The notes beneath the pieces were generated by a model that saw only the letters and a list, made by a program, of their open reading frames with translations, did no database searches and had not been told where the DNA came from. A DNA stretch of 64,000 nt from Tubulanus polymorphus (Eukaryota > Animalia > Nemertea), in NCBI RefSeq assembly GCF_964204645.1, contig NC_134032.1, positions 992,001 to 1,056,000 of the forward strand. The letters are read 5' to 3'. Each line of letters starts with the position of its first letter. Within the stretch, counting starts at the first letter, position 1. Made by a program: the position numbers and the translations under genes. This document shows, in pieces, positions 1 through 11,898 of this stretch.

Positions 1-3000
1 GATGTTTGTATCAATAACTGCAATCGATTGCAAAATTGTAGCTAATGACATGTCGGAGTCGGACCCAAGGGGAACCGGGTACGGCTGCGGATAGTTCGGT
101 CAGCAATGACACAGTCATGCGGGCGCTGACCGGCCTACAAGAGCAGATGGGCTCAGCAGCAGCGTTTATTGATTATAGCCTGCTTCCAAAATTCACAGGC
201 CGGGACAATCAAGATGTGGATGAATGGTTCAGGGGGTTTGATAGGCTCGCTGACCTCAGAGGCTGGACTGCTGCGGTAAAAAAAAAAACAACAGATTTTC
301 TGGTTTCTGTCCGGACCAGCTTTCGTCCTGTTCAACGATCTGCGCATCGACCAAGAGACTGATGCGGCTGGTCACCGTATAATGGCCCCGTGGGATGATA
401 TTGTGCTGCTTTCAAAAAACAGTTTAGCCCGACAACTTGGGCCATAGTCAGAGAATCTGCCCTGACAACTATGAAACAGGGGAGGGGCAACCGAAGTCCT
501 GGACCGGAGCATACTGGTCGTGGAGCGAGAGGTGGCGCCACCGGTAAAGAGTAGAAAAATCCTTTATCTATTTATAATTATTTCTCTTCTATTCCAGAGA
601 TCCCGCAAGAGATATTCAACCTACGAGGTGGACATCATTCGGGCAGCATTCGCGGAGGAGTACGCGAGTCCTGCCCAAATTAAAGAGGCGTTAGGGGGGA
701 CTATCAGCTCTCAGCGACGATGTGTATGAGATCACGCTTTCTGTACTCAGTGGAAAGAAGATGCTCTCATCATATCCAGTTACTTCTGGTGACAAAAAAT
801 ATGATGCTGTGCGCAAAAATGCAGCGAATAAGTTGTCTTCGAAAGCATTCACACGTCAAAACATAAACAACAAAAATGAAATCCTGTTCCAAAAAAACGT
901 GAAAAATTGTTCCCAAATCTTCAGCCATTGCCTCAATTATTGTTTCAAGAAGGCGAGCCATATGTTTGTTTTTATGAAAAGAAAATTCACTCTGTAAGTA
1001 CAATTTGCTTATTCATATTGATACACGGATGTTTGTATCAATAACTGCAATCGATTGCAAAATTGTAGCTAATGACATGTCGGAGTTGGACCCAAGGGGA
1101 ACCGGGTACGGCTGCGGATACTTCGGTCAGCAATGACACAGTCATGCGGGCGCTGACCGGCCTACAAGAGCAGATGGGCTCAGCAGCAGCGTTTATTGAT
1201 TATAGCCTGCTTCCAAAATTCACAGGCCGGGACAATCAAGATGTGGATGAATGGTTCAGGGGGTTTGATAGGCTCGCTGACCTCAGAGGCTGGACTGCTG
1301 CGGTAAAAAAAAAAAAACAACAGATTTTCTGGTTTCTGTCCGGACCAGCTTTCGTCCTGTTCAACGATCTGCGCATCGACCAAGAGACTGATGCGGCTGG
1401 TCACCGTATAATGGCCCCGTGGGATGATAATGTGCTGCTTTCAAAAAACAGTTTAGCCCGACAACTTGGGCCATAGTCAGGGAATCTGCCCTGACAACTA
1501 TGAAACAGGGGGGGGGGGGGCAACCGAAGTCCTGGACCGGAGCATACCGGTCGTGGAGCGAGAGGTGGCGCCGCCGGTAAAGAGTGCCGTATAGAAAAAT
1601 CCTTTATCTATTTATTATTATTTCTCTTCTATTCCAGAGATCCCGCACGAGATATTCAACCGACGAGGTGGACATCATTCGGGCAGCATTCGCGGAGGAG
1701 AACGCGAGTCCTGCCCAAATTAAAGAGGCGTTAGGGGGGACCATCAGCTCTCAGCGACGATGTGTATGAGATTACGCTTTCCCTACTCAGTGGAAAGAAG
1801 ATGCTCTCATCATATCCAGTTACTTCTGGTGACAAAAAATATGAAGCTGTGCGCAAAAATGCAGCGAATAAGTTGTCTTCGAAAGCATACACACGTCAAA
1901 ACATAAACAACAAAAATGAAATCGTATTCCAAAAAATGAGAAAAATTGTTCCCAAATCTTCGGCCATTGCCTCAATTATTGTTTCAAGAAGGCGAGCCAT
2001 ATGTTTGTTTTTATGAAAAGAAAATTCACTCTGTAAGTACAATTTGCTTATTCATATTGATACACGGATGTTTGTATCAATAACTGCAATCGATTGCAAA
2101 ATTGTAGCTAATGACATGTCGGAGTCGGACCCAAGGGGAACCGGGTACGGCTGCGGATAGTTCGGTCAGCAATGACACAGTCATGCGGGCGCTGACCGGC
2201 CTACAAGAGCAGATGGGCTCAGCAGCAGCGTTTATTGATTATAGCCTGCTTCCAAAATTCACAGGCCGGGACAATCAAGATGTGGATGAATGGTTCAGGG
2301 GGTTTGATAGGCTCGCTGACCTCAGAGGCTGGACTGCTGCGGTAAAAAAAAAAACAACAGATTTTCTGGTTTCTGTCCGGACCAGCTTTCGTCCTGTTCA
2401 ACGATCTGCGCATCGACCAAGAGACTGATGCGGCTGGTCACCGTATAATGGCCCCGTGGGATGATATTGTGCTGCTTTCAAAAAACAGTTTAGCCCGACA
2501 ACTTGGGCCATAGTCAGAGAATCTGCCCTGACAACTATGAAACAGGGGAGGGGCAACCGAAGTCCTGGACCGGAGCATACTGGTCGTGGAGCGAGAGGTG
2601 GCGCCACCGGTAAAGAGTAGAAAAATCCTTTATCTATTTATAATTATTTCTCTTCTATTCCAGAGATCCCGCAAGAGATATTCAACCTACGAGGTGGACA
2701 TCATTCGGGCAGCATTCGCGGAGGAGTACGCGAGTCCTGCCCAAATTAAAGAGGCGTTAGGGGGGACCATCAGCTCTCAGCGACGATGTGTATGAGATCA
2801 CGCTTTCTGTACTCAGTGGAAAGAAGATGCTCTCATCATATCCAGTTACTTCTGGTGACAAAAAATATGATGCTGTGCGCAAAAATGCAGCGAATAAGTT
2901 GTCTTCGAAAGCATACACACGTCAAAACATTAACAACAAAAATGAAATCCTGTTCCAAAAAAACGTGAAAAATTGTTCCCAAATCTTCGGCCATTGCCTC

Positions 3001-4262
3001 AATTATTGTTTCAAGAAGGCGAGCCATATGTTTGTTTTTATGAAAAGAAAATTCACTCTGTAAGTACAATTTGCTTATTCATATTGATACACGGATGTTT
3101 GTATCAATAACTGCAATCGATTGCAAAATTGTAGCTAATGACATGTCGGAGTTGGACCCAAGGGGAACCGGGTACGACTGCGGATACTTCGGTCAGCAAT
3201 GACACAGTCATGCGGGCGCTGACCGGCCTACAAGAGCAGATGGGCTCAGCAGCAGCGTTTATTGATTATAGCCTGCTTCCAAAATTCACAGGCCGGGACA
3301 ATCAAGATGTGGATGAATGGTTCAGGGGGTTTGATAGGCTCGCTGACCTCAGAGGCTGGACTGCTGCGGTAAAAAAAAAAAAACAACAGATTTTCTGGTT
3401 TCTGTCCGGACCAGCTTTCGTCCTGTTCAACGATCTGCGCATCGACCAAGAGACTGATGCGGCTGGTCACCGTATAATGGCCCCGTGGGATGATAATGTG
3501 CTGCTTTCAAAAAACAGTTTAGCCCGACAACTTGGGCCATAGTCAGGGAATCTGCCCTGACAACTATGAAACAGGGGGGGGGGGGGGCAACCGAAGTCCT
3601 GGACCGGAGCATACCGGTCGTGGAGCGAGAGGTGGCGCCGCCGGTAAAGAGTGCCGTATAGAAAAATCCTTTATCTATTTATTATTATTTCTCTTCTATT
3701 CCAGAGATCCCGCAAGAGATATTCAACCGAGGAGGTGGACATCATTCGGGTAGCATTCGCGGAGGAGTACGCGAGTCCTGCCCAAATTAAAGAGGCGTTA
3801 GGGGGGACCATCAGCTCTCAGCGACGATGTGTATGAGATTACGCTTTCCCTACTCAGTGGAAAGAAGATGCTCTCATCATATCCAGTTACTTCTGGTGAC
3901 AAAAAATATGATGCTGTGCGCAAAAATGCAGCGAATAAGTTGTCTTCGAAAGCATACACACGTCAAAACATAAACAACAAAAATGAAATTGTATTCCAAA
4001 AAACGAGAAAAATTGTTCCCAAATCTTCAGCCATTGCCTCAATTATTGTTTCAAGAAGGCGAGCCATATGTTTGTTTTTATGAAAAGAAAATTCACTCTG
4101 TAAGTACAATTTGCTTATTCATATTGATACACGGATGTTTGTATCAATAACTGCAATCGATTGCAAAATTGTAGCTAATGACATGTCGGAGTTGGACCCA
4201 AGGGGAACCGGGTACGGCTGCGGATAGTTCGGTCAGCAATGACACAGTCATACGGGCGCTGG
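1..4262. repeat. ~1.03 kb tandem array with alternating A/B units (higher-order ~2066 bp); truncated by window start
   Basis: Unit start GATGTTTGTATCAATAACTGC at 1, 1028, 2067, 3094, 4134 (periods 1027, 1039, 1027, 1040). Units 1/3 and 2/4 share diagnostic indels. Last unit breaks off at ~4262. Confidence 0.97.
1072..1476 (+). pseudogene. Ty3/Gypsy Gag N-terminal fragment repeated in each array unit (also at 45, 2111, 3138)
   Basis: LPKFTGRDNQDVDEWFRGFDRLADLRGWT...FLSGPAFVLF resembles the Gag capsid pattern PxFxGxxxxDxxxWxxxFxxxAxxxxW...LxGxA. A units frameshift at the poly-A run. Confidence 0.7.
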
Positions 4263-4343
4263 CCATAAAAGTGTGTATACCTCTGCTCGATATAACTATA
4301 ATTCTCCTACAGTGTCTCATCAGTTACTATAAAAGCATTGTAC

Positions 4344-4642
4344 TGATACAGAGGACGTCAACATTCGCATTTAAAATATATCATGTAATACATATCTATA
4401 TTGTAATTCTTAACCAACTTTATCCTTATCATTTCAATCCTAACCTTTCACTTCACTCGGCGCTGGTCAATGGACTTTGTTCTACTGACGTCTGCCATTG
4501 TCTAGTGGAGCAATATTAATTCATGTCACTCTATCCCTCGCTCTTTTTCCTTTCTGGCTCTCGTCTCGACAATAAAGCAGGCTTTTAATTATTTGAATAT
4601 CCTTTGTGTTTGGTGACTATTCTGAGCTAGTTCCAGGTATCA
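4344..4642 (+). mobile_element. Solo LTR
   Basis: Termini TGATACAG...GGTATCA, 4-bp TSD GTAC (4340-4343, 4643-4646), AATAAA at 4571; homologous to 7440-7768. Confidence 0.85.
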
Positions 4643-4655
4643 GTACTCGAATAAT

Positions 4656-4752
4656 TCTCTCTCTCTCTCTCTCCCTCTCCCTCTCCCTCTCCCTCTCCCT
4701 CTCCCTCTCCCTCTCCCTCTCCCTCTCCCTCTCCCTCTCCCTCTCCCTCTCA
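4656..4752. repeat. (CT)n/(CTCTCC)n microsatellite
   Basis: Directly visible. Confidence 0.97.
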
Positions 4753-5454
4753 CTTGACTCGTACATTCGGAGGTTATTATACTTGGCTGGTAATCTTGAC
4801 AATTCGGGTGAGGACTCTCTATTGCCCTCTACTAAGGCTGTTGTAATTGGGAAATGCCCGATAAATTTTGATCAGGCGATCACCTACTCCAGACTATCAC
4901 ATGAGTTAGAAAAAATATCCCCGCCACAGGCATCAATTAGATCTTTAAATTTCGACTACTCACGCCAGGTAGCGTTAGAACAGGAGGTGAAGGGTCTGAA
5001 TGAAAAGTTCAGTCAGTCGCAGTAGATTAACCAATGAGTATGGAAGGATAGTATAGCAATAACACGGACAGCTATATGTGCTTTCCGTGCACTGCATTTA
5101 CATATTCAAATAACTGTTTAGAGTGTATCATGGTCGGGGCAGTCTGGGTGTATAAAATCCAGAGGGCGCTCGACTCTCGCCCTCTCTTTTGCTCAGACCT
5201 CGGCAGCCAGCGGTTCAGACATTTTTTAGAACCAATGAGATCGCCTAGTTTTATTAGATTTGTTTTGGGGAAGTAACGGCGGTCGATCAATATCCCATTT
5301 ATCCGAGAGGCACCAACAAAAAGAGTAATCTGCCCATTTACCAAGACTTGCATAATATAGAAAACAAGGAATATATGACACACAGCGAGCTTATATTTGG
5401 TAGAAAGATGCTTACGAGCACTGGCACACTGCATTCAGATTATTTATAGTGATG

Positions 5455-5894
5455 TGATATATAGAATGTAATAATTCATAGGCGGTACTGTTCCATAAGA
5501 CGAGTGCTCAGGACACATGACCTGATCAATCAAAGTCCTGTGTGCTGGTCATATGGTCAGTACTGATAATATGTCTAGCTTTCTGGGTCCAGTTCCACAG
5601 TTCTGAGTTAAGATTTGACCCTGGGTTAAAACACTATAAAATGAACAAACTTTAACCCAGAGTTAACTCTAACTCACAACTGTGGAACTGGGTTCTGGCT
5701 ATTGTTTTAACTTTTCTGATGACGTGGTCCTCATGGGTATAAAAACCCAGAGACACAGGTCGCTCGCTCGCTCTCTCTCTCTTTTCTCTGATTCGTGGTC
5801 ACTTATACTCAGCTCTCGCCTCGAGTACTACAATAAAATCACATTTTCTAACTAATAATTGTAGTCTTTACTTCTGAGCTAGGACTCTGTATCA
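5455..5894 (+). mobile_element. Solo LTR (related family) with nested MITE
   Basis: TGATATATAG...CTCTGTATCA termini, TSD GATG (5451-5454, 5895-5898), TATAAAA ~5738, AATAAA ~5833; 3' end TTCTGAGCTAG shared with the 4344 LTR. Confidence 0.75.
5586..5694. mobile_element. Palindromic MITE (CCAGTTCCACAGTT family)
   Basis: TIRs CCAGTTCCACAGTTCTGAGTTA / TAACTCACAACTGTGGAACTGG, CTG on both flanks; relatives at ~9500 and ~12290. Confidence 0.8.
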
Positions 5895-5899
5895 GATGC

Positions 5900-7390
5900 G
5901 TGAAACTGAAATCGAGAACATTGCTAACGCTGTCGTCGTAAATGGCTCATTCACAACTTGCAATACAACTAATGCACTTAAGATGAAGAACTGCGATTTT
6001 GAAATCCAATCTCGCGCAATTTCAATATAGATTCCAGGCTTATATTATTTTGAGCATCTCTATCAGTCAGTTGCAGTACATTAACCAATGAAATTGCAGC
6101 TGGTTTGAGACTGTAAAATCCGATGTATTGCTCAAAAAGGAAGTAATGCAAATGACAGGCTGCAAACCGTTTGATGGGGAAGGGAGGTGAAATGCGGAAA
6201 AATGCGGCCTCAATAAAATTGGATCCACGATTGATATCCGTCGGAATCGCAAATACCGACAGAAACGATCGACGCTGCAAGTTTGATCAGGGCAAAATGA
6301 ATCAGGGCTTGTCTCGAACAGGGACTGTGATGATAACTTCATTTCAATTCCTGCTTCCTCAAAAATTGAATGCTGATACTGGACATGGGCCCGAGGTCGA
6401 TAGAAGGGTAGTTTTAGCCATGAAACAACTGCGCAAAGGAAAAGCTGATGTTATTCCTAATTCTCTAGGCATTTCGTAAACACTTGAAACAAATAAAACT
6501 GGCCACTTCAACGACAACTTATTTCCAGAAATATCGGGCAATTAAAAATCGAACACGAAATACGTTTTATACATGGGAATTATATTCGTGTGTATAACCG
6601 GCTCGTCGAAACAATGCCAGCATACCCCCGTGCAGTAAATAGGCGATGAAAGTGATATTTCCAAAGATAATCAATCAACTACTCAAAACGATCAACAGGA
6701 GGGGCTGAAGTGATTCAGTAGTGAAAACTTTGAATGGCTGTCTTCGTTACGAAGCAACAGTTCATGCATCAATGAAAACAGTTACGTTACAGGATCAATG
6801 TCGATTATGTGGCCGGCCAAGGATGCAAGCCGCCACTGCAAAGCACCAGCCGAAAGACGATGCAACCGTGTAACAACTGCCTTGCTGCTCGAGCTGATTG
6901 GAACTCAATCATCAGCGGATAGTTTTTTGCAATGTGAGTGGAAGAAATGCAGAAAAAAATATTAAGACCCAAAACCGCAAAAATGCATTTTAAAGAGATA
7001 AAAATCAAAGAGCAAATTACCAATTTTCACCTGAGACTTGAGAATCAGAGAGAAATAACTGATAGCTCGATAGATAGTACGATGTATGGACTGATTACAG
7101 GTGGATACTCGCCGAGGAAGAGCTTCAGACCGTATTTGTTTAAGTGGATCATGAACTACTATCAACAACAACTCAAGTTCAACAAGTGAAAACGACATCT
7201 ACAGAGGCCACTGGAAAAGAGTAAACTTTGTGACGGATCAAGTGTGGAAGCAGTTCCACTAGCTGTATACCGAACGTTTGCGGGGAAGTGGCAACATCAG
7301 AAACCTGATCTACAAAAAGGAGACACCGTTGTTAAGATGATTAATAGCATTGGAAGAGCCTACTGACCTAATGGCAAAATCATGAAGATC
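5900..7390 (+). pseudogene. Degraded BEL/Pao LTR-retrotransposon pol relic (left boundary uncertain)
   Basis: 7200-7390 reads (frameshift and stops) HWKRVNFVTDQVWKQF...KWQHQKPDLQKGDTVV...Y*PNGKI, matching the DUF5641-type C-terminus of BEL/Pao polyproteins. Confidence 0.55.
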
Positions 7391-7439
7391 GAATTGAGCA
7401 AAAGCTGTGAACAACTTTATGAAGATGACGCAGGACTAC

Positions 7440-7768
7440 TGATACAGAGGATAGAGTTTATGTTACAGAGGACGTCAACAATCGTATTTGAAATATATTA
7501 CGTAATACATATCTATATTGTAATTCTTTGAAAACCAACTTTATCCTTATCATTTCAATCCCCGACCGTATACACTTCACTCGGCGCTGGTCATTTGGAC
7601 TTAGTTCTACTGACGTCTGGCCGTTGTCTAGTGGAGCAATATAAATTCACATCCCTTTATCCCTCGCTCTTTTTCCTCTCTGGCTCTCGTATCGACAATA
7701 AAGCAGGCTTTTAATTATTTGAATATCCTTTGTGTTTGGTGACTATTCTGAACTAGTTCCAGGTATCA
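7440..7768 (+). mobile_element. Solo LTR (same family as 4344-4642)
   Basis: TGATACAGAGG...CCAGGTATCA with its own TSD CTAC (7436-7439, 7769-7772). Confidence 0.85.
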
Positions 7769-8068
7769 CTACCATGATATCTCCAGAATTGTCCCATACA
7801 ATCGATTATTTAGGATATATTGGGCTAAATCCTGTACGTTTGACAAATTCATTATTAAAGCGATAAAAGCCTGAGCACATTTCTAATTAAATGTAATTCA
7901 ATATATCGTTATCAATCAAGGATCACCACTAATTTCTAAGATCAGCTTTTCGCCAACCAATGCACAAAACCCGATATCAAAACCTAGCATATCGATAAGA
8001 AAAGGTCACCTTCATCCGGACAAATACAAACCTCGAAATTTAGAGAGAAAAAAATGCATGTGCACGAG

Positions 8069-8235
8069 CAAAAACAACATCAAGAGAAACAGACCAAAAA
8101 CAACATCAAGAGAAACAGACCAAAAACAACATCAAGAGAAACAGACCAAAAACAACATCAAGAGAAACAGACCAAAAACAACATCAAGAGAAACAGACCA
8201 AAAACAACATCAAGAGAAACAGACCAAAAACAAAC
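8069..8235. repeat. 26-bp minisatellite, ~6 copies
   Basis: Unit AACATCAAGAGAAACAGACCAAAAAC. Confidence 0.95.
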
Positions 8236-8430
8236 ATTAAGACACTTCAGAGGAGAGGGCGTCGCCATTCCTTGGACAAATCAAATCAGTTAGTTTTAAG
8301 GAACTAGCTGCTACAGCGACGTTTGCTTAGACGACCCTTTGAACGGAAATACCACAGCGGCGATCAAAATGCAAAACAGGCTTTTGTCGGGACATTGAAT
8401 TAGAAACGCTACGACTCAAAGACCCTTTAA

Positions 8431-9041
8431 CCCTTTCAGTGCGTCTACATCGCAGTGCTGGATTTTGCTAGTACACCACACAGCGGTGTGTTGATGTACT
8501 TAGTAATTAGTCCAAAAACTTCTTAACCCTTTCAGTGCGTCTACACCGCAGTGCGGTGTATAAATCATTGATGGATTTTGCTAGTACACCGCACTGCGGT
8601 GTATTGATGTAATTAGTAATTATCTCTATTGAAAGATGGCAGCACCTGTCAAACATAGAGAAATATTAGTTACTAACGATACACTGCGCCGCGGTGTAGA
8701 CGCACTATAGTGGTATTCCCGTTATTCAACACACTAGGGTGGAATTTTTCAGAATTTTCAAATTATCTCCAGCACTATAGGGTATTAATTAGTCAGCACT
8801 GAAAGGATTTCGCACTAATCATGATGGATTTTGCTAGTACACCGCACTGCAATGTATTGGTGTAATTAGTTTTTATCTCTATTGAAAAATGGTAGCACCT
8901 GTCAAACATAGAGTAACTAACAATACACTGCGCCGCGGTGTAGACGCACTATAGTGGTATCCCCGCTATTCAACACACTAGGGCAGAATTTTCAAATCAT
9001 TTCTAGCACTATAGGGTATTAACTAGTCAGCACTGAAAGGG
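8431..9041 (+). mobile_element. Compound piggyBac-type MITE (partially duplicated)
   Basis: TTAA|CCCTTTCAGTGC at 8431 and 8527; GCACTGAAAGGG|TTAA ending at 9041. TTAA TSD plus CCC termini are piggyBac hallmarks. Confidence 0.8.
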
Positions 9042-9499
9042 TTAATCATGAAGGTTAAAGAACAAAGAGAAGAAACTGTTGTTAAACGCCAGACGTAGCG
9101 GATCGATCCGATCTCGAGATAAGTCCAACAAAATGACAAAATAATTGATAAGACAACTCGTGTGTAAATTCGTATAAAATTTATTTTTACTGCTGAACTT
9201 ACCTTCGTCATATTTCTTTTCAGCCAGGTCGGTGAATACCGTCTATAACCGTCGACCGTTCGAAGTCAGATTGTAGAAACGGATGATGAAAATGTGACGC
9301 TCGCCTTCTCGCACGGGACTGGTAATCGATTTGAATAGCCGCGTCATCTGCATATCAAAACTGCGCCGAAATTCGTCCCGCTGTTTTACGAGCCTGTTGA
9401 AATAAATTGTCACGGGCCGTTTACAATTTGGTGAGAAGGAAATATAGATGAACAACGCAAGCAGCCGGCCAATTGAACAGATGAACATGGTATGGCTTC

Positions 9500-10050
9500 A
9501 GGGTCCAGTTCCACAGTTCCGAGATAAGATTTTGACTCCGAGTTAAATCATTGAAAATGAACTAACTTTAACTCAGAGTTAACTCTCACTCACAACTGTG
9601 GAACTGGGTCCTGAGTTCAGAGTTAACTCTTACTCACAACTGTGGAACTGGGTCCTGAGTTCAGAGTTAACTCTCACTCACAACTGTGGAACTGGGTCCT
9701 GAGTTCAGAGTTAACTCTTACTCACAACTGTGGAACTGGGTCCTGAGTTCAGAGTTAACTCTCACTCACAACTGTGGAACTGGGTCCTGAGTTCAGAGTT
9801 AACTCTTACTCACAACTGTGGAACTGGGTCCTGAGTTCAGAGTTAACTCTCACTCACAACTGTGGAACTGGCTCCTGAGTTCAGAGTTAACTCTTACTCA
9901 CAACTGTGGAACTGGATCCTGAGTTCAGAGTTAACTCTCACTCACAACTGTGGAACTGGGTCCTGAGTTCAGAGTTAACTCTCACTCACAACTGTGGAAC
10001 TGGATCCTGAGTTCAGAGTTAACTCTTACTCACAACTGTGGAACTGGGTC
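9500..10050. repeat. MITE whose right TIR is amplified into a 44-bp tandem array (~11 copies)
   Basis: Left TIR GGGTCCAGTTCCACAG at ~9500, then unit TCAGAGTTAACTCT(C/T)ACTCACAACTGTGGAACTGGGTCCTGAGT. Confidence 0.9.
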
Positions 10051-11527
10051 ATGAACGTTAAAATAATCATAATCGACACACAGGAAATATTATGTAGTTT
10101 TGTCGTTTATGTTTGATAGAACAAGGAATACTTATTCAGAAAATAAATTTGCTGGCCGTATTCATTAGAAATGATGACCGATTATTTTATTGCAGTGTTT
10201 TCAATAAGAGCCAGGTCCCAGGTCCTTTTATCGTTTGTAAGGACCTGCCAGTTTTTTCAAACCAGCCTTCGTTTCAGGGACTGTGACATATTATGGGACC
10301 CACCCGGTTTTTCAAAGGGACCTGGCTTGTTAATTTCTTATGGAAAACGCTGTATTGAAATTGGATACTGATGATATTTAAACGCATGTTCAACGTTCCT
10401 AGAATTCGCGAGGGAGCCGAGTATAAAACTGACATGGTTCCCGCAGTTATATGAATTAAAAATTCCCAAAAAAGTTTTTCCGAATTATTTCATGGGTGAT
10501 TTTTCAATTTTCCCAAATGGAAATGAACACATATCGTCGTGCAACAGTCAACATTTTAGCGGCGACTGGTTGATAAATATGATTTTCATGGGAAACTGCT
10601 GAAGAAGTTGCCCTTGGCAAATGCAATACGTGAAATGTAATGAATTTCCCAAATATTTCCCTGATATGAGGGGAGAAAATTTTTCAAATTCCCAAATATT
10701 TCCAAACCGGGAATTATCATTACAAAATTCCCAAGTTTTTCCCAATGTCCCTGTTCTGCGGGAACCATGAACCGAGTAATATCAACAACAAGTGCGACGC
10801 CAACAAGGAAGATATTAACCCATTAACCATTATCATGGATCTCAGTATTGACTCGACAGATTCTATACTTCTCAGTTGTTGGTTGTTCGTGCCGATGTAC
10901 TCCCAACACTAGGATACCTTTTAATAGATTCGGTCAATAAATACCTAGTTAAGTTTGTAGATCTAACTTCAAAACGGTCATCTTAGGTCACTGGAATGAA
11001 CCGTCTTTTTACCTGGCTTCTTTGTGATCTAAATTAATAATAGAAAATCAATGCATTAGATACCCGGTACTGATTAACTACATACAGGAATTTCTCGAAA
11101 AAAATTATCAAAATGCCAATCGAAATAATTGTTATCGTTTCTACGCAATATGACGCGAATGCTTCAAATAAATAGTTAAGTTTTATATCTAAATTGATGC
11201 GAACCAAAAAGTATGCAAATATATATATAATGAAAGATACATACCATAAACTTAAGCTTTGATAGCTGCGCGCCACTCACTGACAGAGAAATATTCATTA
11301 AATGCTAAACACCTTTCCATCTTTAAGTTACCATTTTCTGGAAAAAAAAAACAAAGTCTATACATTAACATATTGAAATGAAAACATATCAATATTTAAA
11401 GAAAAATGTTGACCTCACAAGATTCGTAAACTCAGAAATCTGATCTGAAATGGTTCTCGGACTCAAGACTCGAACTCTGAAATAACCATGGAGTAATCTA
11501 GCCTGATTGAGATTAGACAAATTCCCA

Positions 11528-11898
<371 letters not shown>

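Noticed and set aside
4344-7768. Full-length LTR element bounded by the two homologous LTRs
   Set aside because: Each LTR has its own distinct TSD, so they are separate solo insertions.
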